DNA of 63,945 nucleotides, the filler included, from Dicyema japonicum (lineage: Eukaryota > Animalia > Dicyemida): NCBI GenBank assembly GCA_011109175.1. It is 6 parts of 6 records of this genome, joined end to end, with 100 filler letters (N's around TTAATTAATTAA, not from the genome) between each part and the next. Parts side by side here need not be neighbours in the genome. Positions count along the whole stretch, not along the records: positions 13,578 to 31,005 come from RDEW01000196.1; positions 31,106 to 43,111 come from RDEW01000227.1; 4 more parts are not named here. One strand, given 5' to 3'. The notes under the pieces were generated by a model. That model was not told where the DNA came from and ran no database searches. It was given only the letters and a program-made list of their open reading frames with translations. The first letter of the stretch is position 1. Every line of letters starts with the position of its first letter. This document shows positions 22,991 through 34,900 of the stretch, in pieces. Position numbers and translations under genes: made by a program.

Positions 22991-24590
22991 CNGTCCCAAA
23001 AATTGGCGAGATTTAGAATTTGGCGAGCAATAGAGGTTTTGCACTTCCGGTTTTACCAAAAATAAAAATTATATACGTTATGATTAATGATTTAAAAATT
23101 TAAAATTGTAAAAAAGTTAAGAAATTCTCAAATTGTTTAAACAAATTAATGAAAATAATCATCAATAGTTTTTTTCTTCATAGTTAAGTTTCTGATCATG
23201 TTGTTAATTGATTCAAGTGAATGTATATCAAAATTTTCATTTTGATAATAAAATTTCTTTAATTTATTTAACATTTTCAACGCCTCTTCTGGATTAATTA
23301 ATAACTGATTTTCTTGGTTATCTTCTGGATAACTTAAAATAGGTTGATTTGACTCCTCCATAAGAAATTCTTCAACTTCATCCCTCTCAGTGAAACTATA
23401 ATCAATAAATTCCGTTTGTTCTATCGGATCCAGAATTTTAAGCTTCGTGATCATTTCATCGTAATTCTTAATTCTGTTTCTTGCGTTTGATTTTCACAAG
23501 TGATCCATTTGGCATGCTTAAAACAATTCGCAATTGTTTCTTGAGTAACATTTTTCTATCCAAAATACGTAAACAGAAAGCCGTCTTTTAAATTCAGATT
23601 CTTATGTGAATCGGCGGATCAGTTTCATTGTCAATTTTGTCTAACATCGCCTCAAATTTAAATTTGTTAAAGTTTGCTTTAAATGAACGGATGATTCCCT
23701 GATCCATAGGTTGTAAAATTGTGGTCGTTTTTACAGGAAGGTATAGCAGTTCGATTGATACTAAATTCGAATAAATTTTATGTGAAGGGCATTTATCCAC
23801 AACAAACAGAATTTTTGTTTTTTTCTTTTGAAGATCACGATCCCATGAAAGAAGCCATTCGTTAAAAATTTTGCTAGTCATCCACGACCTTTTAGAATGT
23901 ACATAATCAATATATTTTTCCATATTAAAATTCTTAAAGCATCTAGGTTTCTTAAATTTTCCAATCATCAACGGACTTTTTTTATTTGTTCTAGTCATAT
24001 TTGCACACAGCAACAAGGAAAATCTAAAATATAAGAAATAAAATAAACCGGTCCTTTAGCATCTTTTGCCCTGGGCGAATTTTTTGACAAACACTTTTTG
24101 AAGAGATATTTTTGTAGAATGTTCCTGTTTCATCTGCATTATAAATCTTTTCAGGTCCATATTCATGCAATTTTGTGAAAATTACTGAAATAAAAGAATT
24201 TATTTCGTTTGCAAAGTTTACGTTAGTCATATAAGACTCTCCGTAAAAAGTTCTTAACTTTATATTGTTCCGTTTCTTGAATTTAGAAAGCCAATCATTG
24301 CTAGCCTAGAAATCAGTAATTCCGTGTCAATCGACGACTTTTTTTGCTTTCAAAAGAATAGAATTGTCGTCCAAGAATCCGCCACGAAGTTCGATGTGTT
24401 CCATCCATGTCATAACTTCTGTATCAATAGTTAAATATGTTAGATTGAAAATGCCTTTTTTGCCCGAGAAAAAAAGATCACTATCAAGTATTTTTTGTTT
24501 CTCAAGTCTGAGATCATTGATTGATCTTCGTGAAATTTTTTTCCTTAAAATTGAAGAAAAAACTGCGGCGATATGTTCCATAGTCATATG

Positions 24591-25472
24591 CAGCGTTTCC
24601 CAACCTTTTTGTGCCTGCGGCACCTAAAACCAGGGTTTTTTTTCTCGCGGCACATATTAGTTAGAAATGTTTTTTTAATTACAAAAAGTAATTATGATAA
24701 CTAATAAGACGCTTGCGCTTGTTTATGTGTACACAAAATTTCCAGACAGGGACGAATTTGCGACAAACATACCGTGAGGTCATCTTCAATTGACAAAAGT
24801 TTCTCTTTAAATCCAAGGATTTTATCAGTTGAGGTTAACATATTCTCAAATCAATTTTTCTCCAATAGTGTGATTCTTACGGTTTTTAGATATGAGCTCA
24901 GCAAAAAGGTAACTAGCTTCTAAAGCTCTTTGAGAAACGTGATGTGTTTTAACGAATGTGGCACTTTAAGTCTGTAAATTTTAACATGTTCTTGAAATAT
25001 GATGATTTATGATCTTTTAAATGAAAATGCATAGTGGCTAAATGCCTTTTCATCTTAGACGGGACCATTCCATCATTTGAAAGAATTTTACTGCATACAA
25101 TACACCTTGGTAGTGGCAATGTACAATCTCCATTCAATGTAAATCCAAAGTGTTGTTTCCCAACGACATATCTTTCTATTTCTGGATCCTTTTACGAAAG
25201 ACACACCTGAATATCATGCACAACATTCAGTCTCACACGATGAACTGATTTTAAATTGAACAATGATGAAAATCCTTCAAAAAAGTCAATTGTAAGAGAT
25301 TTTTGATAGTAGAAAATTAATGTCAAACTTGAAGGAATCATCTATTTGCCGAATATTCTCTTTTTTATTTAAAAATGAGTCATTTTTAATTTTAAATATT
25401 AAAAATCTCGCGGCACTTAAGCCAGATCTCGCGGCACCAAAAGTGCCGCGGCACCCCGGTTGGGAATCGCTG
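24591..25472 (-). mobile_element. Complete internally deleted hAT element with TIRs and 8-bp TSD
   Basis: Ends CAGCGTTTCCCAACC and GGTTGGGAATCGCTG. GTCATATG on both sides (24583-24590, 25473-25480). Internal PRCIVCSKILSNDGMVPSKMKRHL. Confidence 0.95.
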
Positions 25473-25528
25473 GTCATATGTTTGTTATCATCGATGTAGG
25501 CTATTATGCNAATCGTTTATAAAATGAA

Positions 25529-27888
25529 ATGATAATTCATTTAATATTTACGGTTAGTAGTTTTTCATTAATTTATTAAAAACTAGCTCGGCAGCTCGCT
25601 TCGCTCACCGCGACCTAGCTCCTGCGGAGGGCCTGTTTCACCAAACAACTATAAGTTTATGCAGATATATAAAACGACCTGGTTTGATGTAACCCTATTC
25701 TAACGCCTGTTGATAAACGATGTTTGTCGTCCGTCCTTCCTTCGCATATATGAATAAATTTTCTCTNGGTTAGTAGTTTTTCATTAATTTATTAAAAATA
25801 GACGATTTTATTAACAGAATCCTTTCAAGAAGGTATATTTGAATATTATATACAAGAACAAGTATGCTCATCAATTGGAAATATGCCTTTTGACGGATGT
25901 AAAAGATACTTTGTGTGTACTCAAATTGGAATAAAACCTTTTGCTATGAGCTGCCCTGGTGGACTACTTTACGACAGTACAGAAAATGGCTGTAATTGGC
26001 CTTCCTTAGTATACTGTCCCGAAAAAAATGTATTTTTATTTTAATAAATGTCAGAATGAACAAGTTAATGCTCCAAGAGTTTCTTCTACCAGTAGTTAAT
26101 TGATTAAAATAATTAGATAATATCGAAACATCATTGAGGCGAATACAAAATAATAATTTTCCAACCGAAAAGGTATAATAAATTAAATTAATTATTAAAG
26201 AATTTTGATGCTCTACCACAGCATTTAAATAGTAAAATAAGATCTATCATTTGATTAATTTTAGCAAAAACCACTAAGAGTAACAATATCCAAAATAAAT
26301 TATTATTTTGCTATTATACTAACTGGGCGAAATATAGGCCAGGGGGGTTCGAATTCAATGATAACGATTTTGCAAACCTTTGTACACATATTATATACGC
26401 ATTTTGTAAAATTGATGCAAATAATCTTACTCCTGTTTCAAGTGATCCTAAGTCGGATGTGCCTGAAGGTAAATTTGTTGCAAACATATTAGGTAAATAT
26501 AACGATTATCATCGAATTACTTCTCTTAAACTTTTGAATCCTCATTTGAAAGTCTTACTTTCTGTTGGTGGATTTCATAGACTGTTAAATAAATTTGCTT
26601 TTTTATCAAGCAGCAAATCCAATGCAGAAATATTCGCTAGAAATACAAAAACATTTTTNATGATAACGATTTTGCAAATCTTTATACACATATAATATAC
26701 ACATCTTGTAAAATTGATGAAATTAATCTTACTTTTGTCTTTAGTGATCCTAAGTCGGACGTGCCTGAGGGTAAAGTTGTTGCAAGCATATTAGGTAAAT
26801 ATAACGACTATCATCGAATTACCTCTCTTAAACGCTTGAATCCTCAGTTGAAAGTCTTACTTTCTGCTGGTGGGTGCCACAGACTGTTAAATGAATTTAC
26901 TATTGTATCAAGCAGCGAATCCAATGCAGAAATATTCGCCAGAAATACAAAAAACTTTTTAAAAAAATACAATTTTGACGGATTCGACGTTGACTGGGAA
27001 TTTCCTCAAAATCAAAAGCATGCGTACAATCGACTTTTAAAAGCCATGAACACTGAGTTTCGAAAAGGCCCGAAAACATACATGTTGACAGCAGCTGTCT
27101 CAGCGGGAGTTTCCACAATTCAGACTTCCTATGAGATAAAAGAAATTTCGAAGTTAGATATTTATATTTCCACAGTTAGATATCCTGATTACATCAATTT
27201 GATGACTTACGACTTTTACGGCCAATTTTCAACCACTGTTGGCCATCATACTGGATTATATGGAATAAATGATACTGATAAACTTAACATTGTATTCAAT
27301 TCAAATAAACTCGAAACTTATAGGATTATGTTGTCAGGTATTGGTCCAAAAAAGGTGCTCAAATGTCAAAACTACTTATTGGATCGCCTAGCTATGGACA
27401 TGGATTCAAAACTGCGACAAAAAATCCAAAAATTGGCGATAGAACCGTTGGCGGCTTTCCCGCAGGACCGATAACAAAGAAATCAGGAGTGTTAGCATAT
27501 ATTGAGGTACGTCCTCTTCTGAAACAAAATTAGTATTGTAAACAAGGTTATACTGAAGTATGGGATGATAAGCAAAAAGCATCGCATGGAGTTAAAGACT
27601 ACTATTGGCTTGGATATGAAAGTGTTAGAGGTATTAAAGAAAAAGTGAATAATTTTTTTTACATTGTAGGCAAGGTATGTGAACGATAACGGACTAGCAC
27701 GAATGTTTGCGTGGACTTTGGATTATGACGACGTTCATGGGAATAAATGTGGTCAAGGAAAGAATCCCATAATATCTGAAATAAAGGAATCATTGAATAC
27801 TTATCTGAAAAGGTTGAAAAATATATTAGATAATCATTCAGTCCTGATACCAGCAAAAAAAATTTGGCAGAAAGAATGCGCCTATTGA
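25529..27888 (+). CDS. Secreted GH18 chitinase with N-terminal CBM14 domain, 11 micro-introns; assembled from two diverged copies
   Basis: MIIHLIFT|TILLTES signal; 6-Cys CBM14 (CPGGLLYDSTENGCNWP); CYYTNWAKYR, LCTHIIYAF, FDGFDVDWEFP, YINLMTYD and AWTLDYDD. Confidence 0.9.
25583..25766 (-). mobile_element. Non-autonomous Helitron-like insertion in chitinase intron 1 (one haplotype)
   Basis: The intron reads AAAAA^TAG in the copy after the n, but AAAAA|CTAGCTCGGCAGCTCGCTTCGC... in the first copy. A^T target, CTAG terminus and a GCGAAGC mini-hairpin just inside the terminus on the minus strand. Confidence 0.55.
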
Positions 27889-28404
27889 CCCTAATTTATT
27901 ATTGCATATTCATTAATATAGTTTTAGAGTTCTACTAATTAACTATTAGTCGAATCAATTTCTTGGTTATTAATAATATAATACTGTATTTCAATTATTC
28001 TAGTGGATATTTTTTTTATAACAAATAGTCAGGAAGAATTGAAAATTCATTATTGTACAACTAATCGGTCGAATTATAAAGTTATTCAATAAAGTTTCAA
28101 TTTCTTGGTTCATTCAAAATTTAATATAAATAATATTCTTTGGATTATTGTATAAAAAACCATTTACTATTTTTTGTGCAGATAACAACAAAAACAAATG
28201 CGCGCAGTAGATATTAGAATCAATACTACCCACGTTTCGATATTTTAATGATCATCATAACTTTATTTAATAATTTTAAAGTGAAGAAAATTGAATTTTT
28301 TATTTTCATCGAGGTGGTACAACTTATTGCAATAAATTTAACAAGGCATGTATTTTTTAAGATTTAATAAATGTTAAATGTTAGTATGATGAAATCAAAG
28401 AAAT

Positions 28405-29798
28405 TTAGTCCGAAAAAATATTTTCAAACAATGGGCAGTACAGGCCTTCTCTTATCACTGTGATCGGCTTTAGTAAATCTGAAATTCCTTTTGTATATTT
28501 CTGAAATTGTTATATCTATTATGATTACCCGCGCATACGCAATTCCGTTATTTTTTTCTATCGCATCAGCATTTTTCCCGATCCACACATACACACCACT
28601 GTTGTGGTTTATAATAAACACATCCTTAAAAATTGATACTTAAATTACATTCGAATCAAGTAATGATCGATTTAAAACATCATATTCAATATTGATAAAC
28701 TCTACTCTACCATTTTTGTTTATCACTCTCACAATTTCATTTTTAGATTGTTCAAAATCTAGAAAATCGTAACTGTCATCTGTCAGATTATCTCTAAATA
28801 GTTGCTATTTTTAATTTATTTGAGAAACATCTTTTTGGTCTTCATCAAATACAGTGACTTGGCAGTTATTTCTTGTGTTCGATAAGTTATTTGCAAAAAT
28901 CATCGACTATATAGTATTCCGAATTAATTTTACTTGGGCTTTCTCTTGAGGACTACAATTTGAACCATACCATATATATATTTCTTCGCCCATATCAAGA
29001 ATAAATGCGTCATCTGAATTGAGACAACTTTTACTGGCAGGAACCTAGAATTGTACGATGAATTATTCGGAAAACTTGAATTGCCTGAATATTCTTCTTT
29101 ATACCAAAAATATGAACTAATCGTGGCATATAATGTTGAGCGACCACATGACGGAAACCTGAATTGACTCCTCCTGATAAAACTCTAAGAATTTAAATTC
29201 CAAAATATTTTTCAACACGAATTCATCGAAATAACTTTTCATAAGCTCAGTCTCGTTTCCTTCAATTTCTTGATGCTGAACAGCTTTTCCGCCTAGAAAA
29301 GTATCTAGTTCTACAGTTTTATATGCTGCAGTGCCATATTCATCCTTTAAATAAAGCCTGTATCTAAATCAAACTGCAGTGCTTTCAATCCCAATCCAAA
29401 AATGAATATCGTAGGATAATTCTTCGCTTAACTCTGTTGCTTTATAAGCCTAAAGTTAATATTTGATACGAATCACATTTAGAATGATGTAAGAATCTCC
29501 ATTAAAAAAATTTCCATAATCTTTGATTTCAAGACTTACAACTTCAAAATTCTCAAAATTGATAATTCTGTAATACCACAATTCTCCAGATGTAAAGTCC
29601 TTCAGATTCACAATTTTTCCAAGCTTTCTCCAGTAGCGCCGATGTTTCTAATTTGAGTGAATCGATTATTCCAATACTTTTAATCTGTCTTTCAACTTCA
29701 GTTCCGAATAAAGCTAGATTTGTTTCTTGAATATCAATTTTATGTGGTTTTCTTAGTTTGACTTTCTATTAAAAAATGTATAACCTACTTTTTGACAT
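28405..29798 (-). CDS. Three-domain gelsolin/severin-like actin-binding protein, 11 micro-introns (24-32 nt)
   Basis: [22 protein letters not shown]|[63 protein letters not shown]. Splices without stops to TAA at 28405. Confidence 0.95.
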
Positions 29799-30174
29799 TT
29801 GAGAATTCGAAGCGATTATTCGCAATTTATGTTTTTCGGTAAGCGATAATAAATGTAAAAACCACAATAAAATAACGATAAGCCATTAGAGTATTCAATG
29901 GCTAAAAGTTTTACAATACTTAGTAAGAGCGGGACACATTGGCATTTCTAGAAAATCTGAGTCACGATCCTCAGAGTTAATTTTTTGAGAACTGTAGCAC
30001 GACATATTTTTCATAAATACAGAATGATTCTGTTCCTTTTCATGATTTTGAATTTAAAAAATCGCTGTTCAAACCACATATCCCGAAGTTTTTAACTTCT
30101 GAAAATCCAATAACTCTAAGATTATTTGAATTTTCCAATCTTAATCCTGAAAAACAGTTTTAAAATCCAACATT

Positions 30175-30420
30175 ACGCTGATCTTTGATGTATGTATGGT
30201 TATTGTTTTTAATAATTGCCAAGATTGCACCTTCTCAGAAGTCTACAAAGCCAAAGAAGAGGAAGAAGAANNNNNNNNCATTACGCTGATCTTTGATGTA
30301 TGTATGGTTATTGTTTTTAATAATTGCCAAGATTGCACCTTCTCAGAAGTCTACAAAGCCAAAGAAGAGGAAGAAGAAAGGAAGGAGGTGTGTGAACTGC
30401 CGCCCCTGGCTCCGCACTAA
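30175..30420 (+). mobile_element. 3' tail of the R4/Dong-like family, duplicated across a gap
   Basis: DCTFSEVYKAKEEEEE is homologous to 4551-4660. Confidence 0.6.
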
Positions 30421-30807
30421 TCAAGCAATTAAATAGTTTATTCGTTTATTTTTATTAAATAAAAACTCCAAATGTTGTTTCTAATCATTGGATTTAAATA
30501 TTCAAGTTTTTTATACGTACTATTTTCATTATTCTTATTTTTGAATCAAGTAGAATAAATAAATTTATCGATAAATATGGTCATTATGTGTTCCTTCATT
30601 TAGTCAATTACAAATTAATTAAGTCAATAATATACGAACGTCAATGTTGAAAATCTACTTGATATTTGCAGTTTTTTGACATGCTACTTAATGCTTTTCC
30701 ATAATGTTTAGATTTTTTACTTTAGATTTTTTTAATTGAAAACTATTCTCTCTAAAAATAAACGATCGATGTGTCACATAAAAAGGACCTACATCTTTTT
30801 GAGAGTA

Positions 30808-30900
30808 CAGTCAAACCCTTCTAAACCGACTCCTAGGTATACCGGAATTCTTTTAAAACCAGACTAAACTTCTGGTACCGATTCACCTCATAGGGCCTAT
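30808..30900 (+). mobile_element. Tigger terminal repeat
   Basis: TA|CAGTCAAACCC..GTATACCGGAATTC..GATTCACCTCATAGG, similar to the 12204 end. Confidence 0.75.
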
Positions 30901-31372
30901 GTTTGTGCAAATTCGTCCCCGTCTGGAAATTTTGTGTATACATAAACAAGCGGAAGTGTCTTATTAGTTGTAATTAAAAAAGCATTTCTAACTAGTATGT
31001 GCCGCNNNNNNNNNNNNNNNNNNNNNNNNNNNNNNNNNNNNNNNNNNNNTTAATTAATTAANNNNNNNNNNNNNNNNNNNNNNNNNNNNNNNNNNNNNNN
31101 NNNNNAATACATAAGCATATATCCTCTCGTTCATGCTCACTGAAGCTGCAAATTTCGAAACGTAAAATGTCACCTGACTATCCCAAATGAGGACTGAACT
31201 GAGGAAATTTTCTGAGTTCAGCTGACGTTTCAGATACCATTATTTCTGAAACTAAATATAATTTTAAATACCCCCTAAGCAAAAGTTACCTGCACCAAAT
31301 GGCACAGGTTATATAGGTACAATAGGACATATAAAATATTTTTACTACCGTGACCGCATCTATTTTCATATC

Positions 31373-31960
31373 ATGGACTTGAATATATCTGAAATTATCC
31401 AAAAAAGCTCAGAAAAGTCTGCTTCCCTTTTATTGATTAGGAGTGAAGCAGGTAATAATTTTGTTCACAGTATTTTCATAAAAATAAACTCAGGTATTAT
31501 ATCTGATACAATATTGATTAATGCCTTCATCGGAATGGGTTATCAAAATTGGGCATCATATGAGGATTGGGAAACGGTGCTAGAATCTGAGACTGTCAAT
31601 GCAGCAGTCATGGAGCATTGCACCGGTGAATGGAGAGTTATTACTAGTCCAAGTGAGTTTAGTTTGTTTCTTTGTCAATTATTAAAGAATCGGGATTTAT
31701 TAATAAAACTGGAATTATTATTCAAAGTTTTGTCACATTTAAGTATGACAAATCAAGGGTTAACAGAAATTCCATTAATAAAGAAGCTTCAAAAAATTTA
31801 TTATAGAGCCATCAATGCAAAAAATTGATGTTAGTCAAAATATTATTTGGAATCTTTGTCTCCATTAAAGCCGCTCAGTCATTGACGGTTCACTCGATTA
31901 ATGAAAGATTAAAAAGACATGATGTATGTGTCATATTTAGCTTAGTTCCTCATCACTAAC
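31373..31960 (+). CDS. Unknown protein, probably multi-exon
   Basis: 151-aa ORF with intron-like GT..AG segments; it can be spliced into a further downstream frame. No family recognised. Confidence 0.4.
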
Positions 31961-34900
31961 AAATAATTATAATTTCTCGGTAATTCACTAATAAATCCTG
32001 GATTTCATGTTAATTTCGATTTGATTAATATTGACTAGCACAGGGGTGTGAAAACAGAAGAGCCTGGAGTAACTGCACATACGGGGCTATAAATATTATT
32101 GCTCTCGTGAAAGTCCTAGTAATAATTATAGCACAGGGGTGTCAAACAAGCGGCCCTTGACAAGCATAAGTGCCCTGATTTAATTGCTATAAAACACAAA
32201 AATCATTTTATTATTTTTTAAATTTAATTAATTTTTCAATAATATTTTTAAATCTGGACAACATGAGAGCCTTGGCTAGGAACAGGGAAGCATGGAAAAG
32301 GATGACATCTAACCTTGTTTTTTTTGCTGCACATGCGGCTATAATTAGTATGGCTCTCGTGAAGTGTTCAAATAATAATTAATCTTATTTGTCAATGTCA
32401 CGTCCTTCTTCTGGAACTAGAAACGGTGTTTGAACAATGAACGGNNNNNNNNNNNNNNNNNNNNNNNNNNNNNNNNNNNNNNNNNNNNNNNNNNNNNNNN
32501 NNNNNNNNNNNNNNNNNNNNNNNNNNNNNNNNNNNNNNNNNNNNNNNNNNNNNNNNNNNNNNNNNNNNNNNNNNNNNNNNNNNNNNNNNNNNNNNNNNNN
32601 NNNNNNNNNNNNNNNNNNNNNNNNNNNNNNNNNNNNNNNNNNNNNNNNNNNNNNNNNNNNNNNNNNNNNNNNNNNNNNNNNNNNNNNNNNNNNNNNNNNN
32701 NNNNNNNNNNNNNNNNNNNNNNNNNNNNNNNNNNNNNNNNNNNNNNNNNNNNNNNNNNNNNNNNNNNNNNNNNNNNNNNNNNNNNNNNNNNNNNNNNNNN
32801 NNNNNNNNNNNNNNNNNNNNNNNNNNNNNNNNNNNNNNNNNNNNNNNNNNNNNNNNNNNNNNNNNNNNNNNNNNNNNNNNNNNNNNNNNNNNNNNNNNNN
32901 NNNNNNNNNNNNNNNNNNNNNNNNNNNNNNNNNNNNNNNNNNNNNNNNNNNNNNNNNNNNNNNNNNNNNNNNNNNNNNNNNNNNNNNNNNNNNNNNNNNN
33001 NNNNNNNNNNNNNNNNNNNNNNNNNNNNNNNNNNNNNNNNNNNNNNNNNNNNNNNNNNNNNNNNNNNNNNNNNNNNNNNNNNNNNNNNNNNNNNNNNNNN
33101 NNNNNNNNNNNNNNNNNNNNNTTAAATAGACATTGGATGGAATCGAACCTATGGAGTATTGTTATAACGAAGGGGCAACCAATTGGCCTATATTTTAGTT
33201 ACGCTTATTTTTTAATGAATTTTATTATTAAAAGAAAAGTAAAATGACAGTGCGTTGGTTTTGTGTGAATTCCCATTTTTGTGGGCAGCCATTCATCAAG
33301 TTGGGATTTCCATTCGTTTCGTCTATATTGAAGAAACTGTTAATTACTTTGCCTTATGCTCTATTGTTATCGCCATCAAAGTCATAATAGTATTTTGGTA
33401 ATTAATTTTAGATCATCGTCATGAGTGGAGTCTTGACGAAATCGAGGCCTCAAGAAAAATTTTTAGTGGATTATTTGATCATCCTCCTATTATTAGGCAG
33501 ATCTGAATAGCATAGAATTTTCATCAGATAGGTGCAATATAAAAAATTATATATCAAAAAAGCTTCAGAAATCTGGGATTCTAAGTATTCTTGATTTTTC
33601 AAATAAAATTTTTTTGCCAGAAATTTACTCAGTATTACAATAAATAATTTCGTTTATTTCCGCATAATGCAATTTTTTACAATTAAAAACAAGCGGCCCT
33701 TGACATAAGTGCACCCCGAACAAAAAAAAATTTGCAATTTTCTGGTTGCTTTAGTCATCACGAAAAGAAATTATGGCAACGTCAGAAATAAAATTGTATG
33801 ACTTCCCGATCCCCATTAAGAAGATCCTTTCAATCCTTGGAGTCTTCCTGGATCTTCTCCTTACATTCACTCTGTGGTGATTAATTCGAGACTCCAAAAC
33901 TAACAGCATAAAAAGGACTGGTANGCTTCAGAAATCTGGGATTATAAGTATTGTTGATTTCTCAAATAAAATTTTTTCGCCAGAAATTTACTCAGTATTA
34001 CAAAAAATAATTTCGTTTATTTCCGCATAATGCAATTTTTTACAATTAAACAAAAATTTGCAATTTTCTGGTTGCCCTAGTCATCACGAAAAGAAATTAT
34101 GGCAACGTCAGAAATAAAATTGTATGACTTCCCGATCCCAATTAAGAAGATCCTTTCAATCCTTGGAATTTTCCTGGATCTTCTCCTTACATTCACTCTG
34201 TGGAGATTAATTCGAGACTCCAAAACTAACAGCATAAAAAGGACTGGTATGGACACCGGGATCACTTAATTAGACGATAACTTTTATTTTCTTTCTCGTG
34301 ATTATTGGGTTAATAAAATAAAAATCCGACAAAGTAATCGACAATTTTTGACAATTTTTTTATATAATTCGCATTACTAGCAATAAATCTTTAGTAAAAT
34401 TAATTTCATTATTATGTGGAGAATTTTAATGACTTTTCAATAAGGCTATTTAGAAAATACTTAATTCATAGCAATTCCAAAAATGTTAGAATTGATACAT
34501 GTTTTTTGATAACCATGGATATATCTGAAATAGGTTTTCTCCACTTCATCCCGTCGAGGTTAACCATATCTTTTCCAAATATCTGCCATTAAAAGGAAGC
34601 TCTCAACTGGAGTATGGAAGATACCGATTTTTTGGATGCTGGTCTGGCATCAGAAATTTCGGTCCTCTTTCTAACCATGTGTCACTGTAAGATTTAAATT
34701 TGAAATGTAAATTCATTTAAATGTATAATAAAAACAAAATAAATTAATNATAGCAATTCCAAAAATGTTAGAATTGATACATTTTTTTAATAACCATGGA
34801 TATATCTGAAATAGGTTTTCTCCACTTCATTCCGTCGAGGTTAGCATATATTTCCAATATCTGCCATTATAGAAGCTCTCAACTGGAGTATGGAAGATAC

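Larger units (their letters stand above)
22534..25510 (-). mobile_element. Tigger element with nested hAT and CRE insertions; transposase carries a 25-nt intron
   Basis: TA|CAGTCAAACCTC end at 22534. IYNADETG, KDR|FSLLLCAN, KPRCF, WMTS, LQPMDQGII and KTIDDYF. Two diverged 3' copies either side of the n at 22992. Confidence 0.9.
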
